Source: Paragordius varius | Lineage: Eukaryota; Animalia; Nematomorpha | DNA: 64,000 nucleotides | Assembly: GCA_964247055.1 (NCBI GenBank) | Contig: OZ176051.1 | Coordinates: 5,952,001 to 6,016,000 of the forward strand | Direction: 5' to 3' | Shown here: positions 13,876 to 24,840 of the stretch, piece after piece | How the letters are laid out: the number at the start of each line of letters is the position of its first letter | How positions within the stretch are numbered: the first letter of the stretch is position 1 | Program-made: the position numbers and the translations under genes | The notes under the pieces: model-generated | What the model was told of the DNA's origin: nothing | The model's input: the letters and a program-made list of their open reading frames with translations, nothing else | The model's database searches: none

Positions 13876-14902
13876 ATTATGATATAATATTGTAAGGCAA
13901 ATATATTTTTTAATCAAGGAAGAAAAGGTATAATATTTTTGTTTACCAATTTGGTTTTACTGCAAATAAAATTAGATTTTTAAACTTAAGTGATATTGTT
14001 TTACTGTAGGTAAAAAATTTTATTGGATAAAGAATAAAAAATATCTAAATGAAAAATAATGTAAAAAATACTAGGAAAAAAATATTTAACTATAGCCATC
14101 AAAAATCGCATTTTTCTTGTAGACTAAGTCCAACAAAAATAAAAAAGGAAACATAGGGAAAATTTACTTATCATAAAGTATAATAAAAATCCTAAACGCA
14201 AAATACTGTTTACGGTTTTATTTTTCAGGTGTAACATTGTCTTTGGCAGGAAATAATTTAAAAAATCTGCTTTTTGATAAAGGAAACTTTTAGGTAATTT
14301 GCATAATAGCCAAAGTAGCTTATAATTTACACATCGTTTAGTATTTATCCCTTTCTATGCAATTCAATGTATAAAAAAACTTTTCTATCGCTTTAATTTA
14401 GCTCTTTAATTTTTAATCCTAATTTAAGATAAAATCTTTTGGATCTAAATTATTTTTAAGACATTTGGCACACAGTAATTAACAAAAAAAGTACTTTAAG
14501 TCAACGATTCGGCTTCAAAACCCAATATGCAATATTTATTTTGTAACTCATTTTATTTTGTGTATTTAAACAGACAATTCTAAAATTTTGTTAATAACAT
14601 AAATTATTTATAGGAAGTTGTGTGCTACAATTAAGAGTATTTATTTTGAATTGCAGGACCTTCTTTGTTAAAATTTCAAATGTTCCCAGTTGAAATAACC
14701 AGAATAATTTTATTTACTACGTTTGATTGTTTCTGTGCTTTAGAGTTTTTTTAATAATAGCCATTCAAAAGAAAAGATTTAACTTTTAAATTTGACAAAT
14801 AATAATTGAAATATTTAGGCATTTGTAATTCAAATATGTATATATACAATAATTTATATACAATTACATAATTAAAATTATATAATTAGTTTTAGGATAT
14901 AT

Positions 14903-17900
14903 TCAAGGGACTGGAGGTGACATAATACTACATTTTTCTATCGGAAGAGATTTGTTAATTATATCGGCATTTTCCAATTGTTGGCATGCTTTATCAACTT
15001 TGGCCATTAAATTATGTCGCCAGGATTCAGTTTGATTTTGAGATTTGGTATCATTTTTTAATGTCTTATCATCATCATTATTATTATTTAAATTAATATT
15101 ATTTACCATTTCATTTTGATCTACAATATCGGGAGCAGTTTTATTGGTTGATATACTATTTTCGTTTTCAAGCTCTCCCGTACTTTCTGACAAAGGTGAC
15201 AAACTGATAGGCGAAAATGTAGGACGGATTTTGGCAATGCAATTTGGATTGTTTGAATTATTCTTTTTATCGGTTTTTGGTGTGTTAGGTAGTTCTGTAA
15301 ATATTTTTAAACATGAATATTATTGGTTATTGATAAATTATTTTAAATATGTAATATAGAAAATTTTGTATCTAGTCAATTATAGGTAGTAATTATATAT
15401 ATACATTGGACCCAACTCATATTGATGTGAATAATAATTATTACTTAATCAATTAATATTCAGTTTATTTGTAATAATTCATAGCATTCGACAGATATTT
15501 TTTTCGTTTTTAGCTAATAATAATATGGGCCACATTAGATTTGCTTAAAAATCGGAAAGGTGCATGATTATCAGCAGGAGCTAATCATTATATAAAGGAT
15601 TAGGGAGATGGAGGGTTATTTGATGTCATATGGGTACAATCATAGTTTTAAAATAGCCAAGACTCAAAATGTTGTATTTTTTCTATATCATATTTGAAAT
15701 TGTTAAGTATGTGCATAAGATTTGGAGTTAGATAACGTACAAAATATAAAAAATACGATTTATTAATCCAAACATTTAACACAACGCGAAAACTCTTGCA
15801 AAGCTATTATATAAAATTATCTGTTCACATAAATTAAAGAATTTGTAGTTTCATACGAATGTATTTTATTAAAAACGCTACCTGGTTTTAAAATTTGTCA
15901 ATAAAAATTTAATAGATAGAAATAAGAGTCAAATTACATTATAAATATATTCACATACTTGCAGAATTGTCTCCGAACAATTCAGTATCCGTATTATTTA
16001 ATTCGCATATATAGAATGTCAATTCAAGAGGCTCGTTCTAATTGAAAGTATAACAACAAGATAGAATAATACATAATTTAAAAGTCGCAAAAATTAAATA
16101 TAAATGAATAGTATTAGTTAAACAATGTTGATATTTCATTAATATTGTTAATACTGGTAAGTGTAAATCCTATACAAAATAAAATTTATTTAAAATATTA
16201 TATACTAATAAAAAATGCATTAAATAAAATTATAAAAGTTTTGAAGTAGAAATCACATGTATTCATTAACCTTTTTTGGAGGCAGGCTGGAAACAATGTC
16301 CATTAAATTGAGTTCATCATTTAATTCGTGATTCAAGCGATACAATTCAATCTAATTCAAATTCGATTAAATTTATAAAATTAACATTATATATATATAT
16401 ATATATACAGTATGCATATTAATGGTTGCTTTTTCACACTATAGTTAGGCAATTTGCAAACACAGTAGTGTATGGAAAAAAGAAAGGAAAAAATTGTTTA
16501 TTCATTGATTTCTCCATACACTACTGGTGTTCAAATTGCCCAACTATAGTGTGAAATAAACAACGACTAAAATGCATACTGTATATATTTGAATTTTTGA
16601 ATACTTTTAATCCTGAGTATATATGTTGAAACTAAAATAGATAAAAAATCGTGATTTAAGATAATTTGTTACGCAAAAGCATGTAAAGTTAACTAATCGC
16701 TTTACATATAAATATTATTGTTAATGTATATTAATTGGTTATGAAAACAATAAACAACCATGGAATTACTTTAAATTTTAAAATTAATCTAATTTAAATA
16801 TATAAATTTACTTCAGTTTACAAAATGAAATAGATTAGTCATAATAAAACGTCCGCACATATAAAAGTAACTTAAAATAATTTTATTACCTTCCATATTA
16901 TTTACAAAAAAGATTAAAAATAAAACTTTAGGGGTATTTATTTTTAATATAATAATTTACTTGTTCAAGGTATGGGATAGAAAATTTCTTTTGAAGAAAT
17001 TTTTTGAGCAATTCAACTGACAACGAAATTTCACATTGGAGATAACGCTTAAAATTAGCCTAAATATAAAAGAGTAAAAAATAATTTGGTTATTATAATG
17101 CTCTAAAGAGCTTATTTATACATTATATGTAAGATTTTAAATATGGAGCTAGTATTCAAAAGCTATAAAATGTAATCGGCTGTGGAAATAATTTTTATGT
17201 GAAACTTATAGATAGTCCCGTGAACCCCATTTATTTTAATGAAATCAATCATTATTTAAAGAGCCTTAATTTTTTATACAATATTACTTAATAGATCTAA
17301 TAACCCTATCTCAACTCTATATTTTATAATGTATTTGATTTAAAATACTCCATACTAAGGTATTTTAAAAAATTGAGGTAAAATATGGTTGACATAATTT
17401 TTATAATAGACAGCCTTTTGTTTATAAATTGGCGCTAAAGTCAAGTATACTATTATATAATTTTTATAAGGCTTATCAAATTTCTTTGTATTAATCATAT
17501 AATGTAAAATACCAAAGATTTTTCAATTAGACTGGAAAAATTTTCTTTTTCACTTGTTAAATGATATTTGAGAAGTATATTGATTTCATCGGTAGGACTG
17601 TACATATCTACATTATAAGTTTCAATCTCTGATTCTTCCAACAACATTTTGCTGTAAAACCCTTGTTTATCTAAAATAATAAAATTTTGAAAATTTTATG
17701 AATTTGTTTTGGAATAATTTATTATTTCTTGGATATAAAAATAATTCTGTGACTATCGTAAAACTGATAATATTATATATGATAATTTTTGAAGTATAGA
17801 ATGCAAATTACCAAAAAATTAGCAAAAATTAAATTAAATTTTATATAACAATAATTTTTTAAAATAATTAAAGTTATCATATTTTTTTTTTAATTTAAAA

Positions 17901-18379
17901 TTTTTTACTAGATAAAATTTCATAAAATTTATCCAAAAACTAAGTTAGCATTTTTCTTAAAAATTTTTATACCTTTAATTTTCTTGGAGTTTTGGGCAAA
18001 AAATGCTCTACGACGCTGTATTTCATCTAAAATTAAATAAAGTATTTACCTTCATATAAACCAGGAATAAGTTTATAAACTAATGATTGTAAGCTCATAT
18101 CACTTCTAAAAAGTTACTTAAAATCTACCTAATATTTAATGTTGGCCGAGTTTTATGAATAAGGCAACCACAAATTGGACAATGTTTTTCCTTTGTTACA
18201 TAATTTATGATACAGCTTTTGCAAACTATAAATTACAGAGATATCTTACAAGAATGAAGACATTCTATAATAGTTGTAGCTTCAATTAAGTATCCTTTGC
18301 ATAAAAAACAAGAAAGATGTTCATTAATCATAGAGATAGTAAATAATTTTGCTGTATAAAACTCAAATTTATTATCCAT
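14903..18379 (-). CDS. PCGF: Polycomb group RING finger protein (BMI1/PCGF2/4/Psc-like): RING, RAWUL domain and low-complexity tail
   Basis: Spliced protein MDNKF...[23 protein letters not shown]|FCKSCIINY...[17 protein letters not shown]|[19 protein letters not shown]...[21 protein letters not shown]...LMDIV...PLELTF, followed by last exon ~14903-15292. It matches the BMI1 layout. Confidence 0.9.
16408..16581. mobile_element. Tc1/mariner-like palindromic MITE (CAGTATGCAT family)
   Basis: Long TIRs CAGTATGCAT...CACACTATAGTT...GTAGTGTATGGA mirrored at the right end, with TA on both sides. Related copies at 50475 and 52437. Lies in a PCGF intron. Confidence 0.8.
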
Positions 18380-18453
18380 ATATTTTGCGGTGGTGGCGAA
18401 AAAAACTTAAAAATGTGCTGCTGGTAACGCATCAGAGATTAAAATCATATGAC

Positions 18454-19310
18454 ATGGGTTCAAATCAAAGTTCTACCCAATTGCCTCGTGAATCTTCTTC
18501 TTATCAAAATAAATCTTTGATAGATTCGGTATCGAGCGGTACAATAAGTCCATTAAGTGAAGAAATGCCATATTATATGTACAAAATGGGCAAACCTATT
18601 GGAGATGGTAAAGTGTTATTATTTATTTAGTAAATATCTAGAAAACAAAAAATTAAATGCTGCAACAACATCAACATACTCCAAATCTTTAACTTTTGCC
18701 TCTATTAAAGATTTGAAAAATTTAGTTAATAAATCGAGTGTTGATTTAGATAAAGTCACTATTGTATCCACTGGGCCCAACAAAAAATGCGTGGAAAATG
18801 ATCCATATATTCAAAAGCTATCACAAATACCATTATCTCTTCCTATTCTTAGAAAATCCCTTAAGTATCCTTTAAAACAAGAGGATTACGTATTTATGAA
18901 CGACGTTAATAATATTAAAACATCCTTGCATCAAAAGGTAAATTTTATATATATCCCATAATTAAATTTAGATTATAAGATTAATCAATTTATATCAAAA
19001 TCATTTATTCGATATCGTGAAACCACTGCAAGAAACACAAGAAAATTCTTTTGAATCCTTAGTAAACATTAGAAGAAACCTCCATAAAATTATGTTAAGT
19101 TACCGAGAAAAAAATGAAATTTTGGATAAAACACTTCGCTTAGTCCAATATGATAAAGAGCTACTCGTTGACAAAAAATTTGAAAATAATTTATTCAATC
19201 TTGACATTTATACCAAATTATATGAAGATATTGAAAAATTATATGCAACAGCCAACCATTTAAATAACCAATTACCACCAAATTTAAAATTGTCAACGAC
19301 ATTGCAATAA
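18454..19310 (+). CDS. BORCS5: BLOC-1-related complex subunit 5 (myrlysin/LOH12CR1-like), 3 exons
   Basis: MGSNQSS myristoylation-type N-terminus; VTIVSTGPNKKCVENDPYIQKLSQIPLSLPIL; IIRLINLYQNHL; HLNNQLPPNLKL. These match human BORCS5 (MGSEQSS; NDPDVIKLQEIPTFQPLL; LNSMLPEGERL). Introns 18608-18641 and 18938-18971. Confidence 0.8.
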
Positions 19311-19334
19311 TAATAAATTGTAATGTATTTATTA

Positions 19335-19807
19335 TTAATTTAAATATTTGGTATGTTCACCGGTTGCTATGACAACATTGTTCTGTTTATTGTACATTTT
19401 CGCTCTAGTAAAGGCCAAATTTTTACCCATTTTTTCGCAGACACTCTCAATTACCAATTCATCGTTAATCAAGGCTTTACTTATATATCTAAGAATAGAT
19501 AATGGAGTAAAAGTGAAATATACGAAATATTCAAATTGACGCTAAATGACGGTTTTAAATTTGGATATTGTAGACTTAGGATGGCAAACGATGTAACATG
19601 ATCAATAATTGTCGCAATCAATCCTCCATGTAAAGTGTCAGCTATATTAACATGTTCTGGAGCTACACGGATTTCCGCGACACATTTTCCTTCAGCACAA
19701 CTAATTAATTTAAGCTTAAAATAAACGAAAAATATAAATACCTGCTTAAACGTAACTCCAAAGCCTTTGTTCAACAATTGAAGCCATGCGTCACGGTACG
19801 GTTTCAT
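19335..19807 (-). CDS. ACOT13: Acyl-CoA thioesterase 13 (hotdog/PaaI fold), 3 exons
   Basis: EHVNIADTLHGGLIATIIDHVTSFA...SVNLNISYISKA...MGKNLAFT...IATGEHTKYLN*. Introns 19715-19741 and 19489-19523. Confidence 0.9.
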
Positions 19808-19855
19808 TCACAACCCTCGATGATTTGAATAATTAATAAAAAAAATTTCATTTGA

Positions 19856-21689
19856 TGTGTGAGTTTGAAAACGACGATTTGGATTCAGACCTTGAAAATG
19901 AAGTGTATGCCCAATTTTATTTTGGACAAGATGAAACTAAAATTTTAGAAACACCTGAAGTTAAACCTCCAACTTTGTCGGAACCAAGTTTATTTTAGCC
20001 GATAATTGTAAGAATGGATAATTAAAAACTGTGATGTGGAAACTAATGCTAAAACTCTCAACGAATCATTATGTGAAAAATGTCAATTCCGCCATAAAGC
20101 CAATGAGTGTAGCCAGGTAATAAAATTTTAATAATTTTATTAGCTCGATCATATAAAAGATTTACATTGTGAGTTATGCGGTACTTGGGATCACGCTAAA
20201 AATTATCATGGCTTTTGTAATTTTTGTTTTCGAATAGATCATTTATCCAATGTCTGTGTGACAAAAAAATGTGTTCGAAAATGTTTTTTATGCAAAACCT
20301 CTAACCATTTATCTCAAGTATTGATTTGACATATATTATAAATTTGAGGAAATTTTGGTTTGGGATCTTAAATTATATTATATGATTATTTTTATTTTTG
20401 GATACAAACAGATTTAAACTCTATTGTATCATAAAATTGGTATAATTTATTTTATTAATTTAATAAATTTTTTACGCTAAACCTTATTTTAATTGTTAGT
20501 AATAAACTTAGATAGTCGGCAAAAAATAGTAGTTTTCGCATCTTTAACACGGTCCTATCTGTTGATTTCCTACAATATCCTCATATTTTATTGAACGGTC
20601 CCGAGTGGTTTCCAACACGCGGGCCGCATGCGGTCTGCTAATATTTCTGCAATCCGCAAGAATTTCAAATACGAAATCTAAATAAAATGATTATTTTATA
20701 TGAATTATCTTCCCGAATTTCGTTTGTGAACTAGCAAAAAGTGTTAAAAATTTGTAGTCTATATAATCTTGTGCTTAAATTCTGATAAAATATTTCTTAA
20801 TGCCTATATATTTTGCGAATGTCGCCCACCGGGTTTTTTATTCAAATAGGCGCCCGCATCGCAATTGTGTTGGACACCCCTGGTTTAGATAAATATTATT
20901 TTTTTTCATGCAAACTATTTCCGGATATTTTGCATCACTATGATACAAACTTTTTATATCCACTTCTACTCTAAAACTTATATAATTGCAATTTTCTATA
21001 TATTTCATTATTATCGACTTGAAATAACTTTTCTTTTTAAAATATGATGATTCAAGTTTATGTTTCTTAATCTAAATAGCCTTTGCTTATATTGAACAAA
21101 AATAGTATAATTACTGGATTTTCGCATTTTTAAAATTCATAAATAAATTCTGGGCTTACGAGCGAATGATAATAATATTTTTAATATTTCGTTTATTATT
21201 GGATAAACTTTTTTAGTTTTTTTTTCTCAGTTTTTATCTGATGAAGTTTACACAATTATAAACAAAATATAATAAATATTATAATTTATATTTGCTCGTA
21301 AGCCCAAAATTTATTTTATAAAAATAGTATAATTTATTGTCAAATTATGTGTTATTATGATGTTATAGGTATGCCCTAACCTTTGGCGACAATTCCATAT
21401 GACAACCCAAAAAGATCAAATTATCAAACTGAATCCAAAGTGTAAACTAAAGAATCATACCTCTCGCCAAGTTTATTGTTTAAATCTACCGCTGGACAAA
21501 CAAACTTTTCGCCCGAATGATCTTAAGAACCCCCACTCCGTAACGTATTACAATGTTGATTACTCCAAAATAGAATTTGGGCGAAGTCGTTTACATTGTT
21601 GTTTGATTTGCGGATACTCTGGACATTTGGCAAATGTAATCAATAAATACTGTCCTTAATATCTTATTTTTGTCATCATATAATTTGGT

Positions 21690-21731
<42 letters not shown>

Positions 21732-23103
21732 GCAATGTGAATACACCCACTCCCTTGAATATGAATTGTGTCATCCGTTTAATGTCACTTATTTCAACTG
21801 TAAACCACAACTGTATGCATTCAATATACCTTCGGAAATTGATAACCCCAACTATAAACCAGACATTAATTTTGTACCACCTTCACCTGCCAAAAATAGT
21901 GTTAAAAATAATCATAATAATAATAATTTTAATCGAAACTCACCGTTTTCACCATTAAAAGCCTTTCCTACCTGGCAAAGTGATGATAGTAGTGAAGATG
22001 AAAGTTCTGAATCAAAAGCAACGTCCACAAACAATGATAATATCGAAATAGAAGCGAGGACTAATGAATCAAAATTGCCTATATCCAAACTAACAATAAA
22101 ATCACCTCCACGCTTTAATACAACACGTTTTAATGTTGATGATGGTAAGGATGGCAATATTGCGGGAGATGATACAAGCATACCTGAAAGCATTTTTGTT
22201 GGTTCCTTTGAAATAAATGCGGATTGGAGATATCCTACTATGAATGAAATTTTACGGAAATCAAAAAAAGCCGTTCTTCGACGCCTTAAATTGGACCGTT
22301 TTGAAACGCAGATGAAAGATGTCAAACTTCCCATGTATCCTGTGAAAAATTCTAAACCCTTATCGAAACTTCTACCAAAACTCGAATCTGTTGCTGAAAA
22401 GTCGAAAAAATCTGATGTTTCAAGTGAGAACAAAGATATAAAGACATTAAAAAGTAAAACAGATACCGGCTCACAACCTCATAAATCTAATACAACTTGC
22501 AATTCATTAAATAAAAAGGAAAATGTTGCTATCAAAAAATCAGATAAAACGGAAAAAGATAAATCAATTATTTCTGATATTATGTCTAATAATAAATCCT
22601 TAAGCGATAAAAAACGAAATATTAAAAATGTTCCTGACAAAAAACCTCAGCAGACACAATCACATAAAATATCCAATAACAAAACCAATATCGCTGTAAA
22701 ACCTAATTCAAATACATCAAAACATGATATTCCGAACCAAAGCAAGATTTGTTTCAACAACTCAAATTTACCGAATCTCCCGAAAACCGAATTATCGGCT
22801 TTCAAATCAAAGCAGCGCAATAAAAAGAAACATCAAAAGAAAAAGCAAAAATTACAAGTGTATAAACAAAAAATTCGACTAGTTAATTCGGGCATACAAA
22901 CAAAACATCCCAAAGGCCTATTTAAAACTGATATACCTTGGTATGAACAACGTAGAATATCATCGGCATATGTACTGGATACTTCCCGCACTGTAAATGG
23001 CCCACCTAAGCCTGACCCTCAACAAACGAAACGGAAGGAAATCGATGATTTCCTGGCTAAATGGGATTCTTTGCGTAATGCTAAAAGACACAAAAATATT
23101 TGA
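19856..23103 (+). CDS. ZCCHC7: Zinc-knuckle protein, ZCCHC7/Air1-2-like (TRAMP subunit), with a long K/N/S-rich C-terminus
   Basis: Acidic N-terminus ...ENEVYAQFYFGQDE; CCHC knuckles CELCGTWDH, CNFCFRIDHLSNVC, CFLCKTSNHLSQ|VCPNLWRQFHMTT, CLICGYSGHLAN|QC; last exon joins ORF 21766-23103. Confidence 0.8.
20603..20882. mobile_element. hAT MITE, CAGGGGTGTCCAAC family (reverse orientation)
   Basis: Right end GTTGGACACCCCTG followed by GTTTAGAT; left end degenerate (GAGTGGTTTCCAAC); internal similarity to 5105-5387. Lies in a ZCCHC7 intron. Confidence 0.65.
21143..21314. mobile_element. MITE-like element with ~25 bp terminal inverted repeats
   Basis: ATAAATTCTGGGCTTACGAGCGAAT ... ATTTGCTCGTAAGCCCAAAATTTAT around an AT-rich interior. 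Confidence 0.6.
21691..21726. repeat. (TA)n microsatellite in a ZCCHC7 intron; similar tracts at ~6597, 9381, 16389, 24229, 24688 and 30986
   Basis: Direct inspection of the sequence. Confidence 0.9.
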
Positions 23104-24840
23104 TAAATATTACATAAAAATAAATAGAATTTTGTATTATAAATTCAATAATCAAATTAGTTATTTTATAGCCAGTTCTTTGCTTAATAAATCACGTTAT
23201 ATTTTGTTAAACACGCTATATAGAGGGATTATATGGATCTTTTGTTTTAAGAGTTTAAGTTTTCATAATATGGAATTACTCATCATTTTGGCTGTATATA
23301 TGTAGACAGGCTTTTCATTTGTGCTAAGAATTTTGAAATTTGTGAGAAGCAATGTTCTGATTTTTTAACTGTTTTTTTACGTTTTTAGGGCGATTTCTGT
23401 GATTTTTGGCAAAATTGGCTTATGTTAATTATTTTGATGTTTAGGCAGGTGGATTGCGTTTAATAATAGATAATCTGGTGATAATTCTTAGGTATAATTT
23501 TGTATCATATTTTACAATTTAAACATAACTAATGTCAAATTACCTGTTTTTACAATTTTTGGAGCACATTTTTTAGGTTTTAAAAAATTAAGTACAATCC
23601 AATTTATTCCGTATGCACAATATTATTTTTCTTTATAAAGTACTATATATGGTAACAAACAACAAATTAAGCAATTTTACTTTTGTTTTAACTAATTTTG
23701 CATAATTATAGACAAACATTTTGATTTTAATTTCGTTAGAAAATATATCTGGATTATTATGTTTCCAGCTTAAATACAGTCTGCATAAGCCTCCAAACCA
23801 AAGGCACCATTTTTTGATGCATTTCATTATATATGTAGCATCTATATATTTTTTAACGCCCGATAATGTCGACTATATAAGTGAGCCAACATAACAGGGG
23901 GATTAAAATACTGAGGTAATCGTATTTTTATTAACTAAACATGACGTAACAAACAAACTTATTCATCTTTCGAGACTTCTGAAGCGATTTTATTAAATGG
24001 CGGTTTACAAAGAATTTGAGCCATAAATAATCGTGATTATACCTCATTATTGGCAAGATTTGTTAATATTATTGTATTCTATATGCATAGTTTTTTAATC
24101 AAGGTTTACATTAGCCATTTTATAATCCTTGGAAGATGCTTTATTATATATTAGATTATTTTAGGAAACATAGCCCATTTAATATTTGGTGAATCAGATT
24201 ATAATGTATATTTTGACAAGCAACGAACATATATATATATATATATATATATACCTGTCCATGTTTCGTATCCCATTTGTTATCTATTTTTAGAAATTTT
24301 ATTAAAGCTTTCTGAACCAAAAAAATGTGTAATGCAACGCTAAAAATTTGATAAATAAAAATTAATTTTAATATTACGAGATTTTTCGTAACATCAAATA
24401 TAAAAAAAATATATTTATGCATGCTTTTAGTAATAATGCTTCAATTTTGGAATCAATATTTATTAAATTTTCTATAAAAACAAGTCATTGTGCAAATCAT
24501 ACAATAATTGTAATATAATTTTCTATTATTAGTTGTTAAATATGTGTGTTTGTATAAATCAATAGAATATTTTTTACAGTGATAACCAAATCTTGGAAAA
24601 TACAAGAAACATGTCGAATATAAAATTATCATCGGGAAAAAGGGTTCATAAAAAACACCATAAATACATAAATGCTATAAAAGAGTTATATATATATATA
24701 TATCATTCAAACTGTATAAAAATCTAAAATTATAGCCTTCGCACACAAAAAAGAATATTTTATTGCTTTTCACAAATCAAAGTTTTTTGGTTTAACCATT
24801 GCTTTGCACCTCTATAAAGTATAGCAGAGTGGTTGTTGTT

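Noticed and set aside
21912-22433. 173-aa minus-strand ORF
   Set aside because: Antisense shadow of the ZCCHC7 last exon; no motif or independent splice support.
23633-24422. Short ORFs between ZCCHC7 and PHACTR
   Set aside because: I could not splice them into a stop-free model and recognised no domain.
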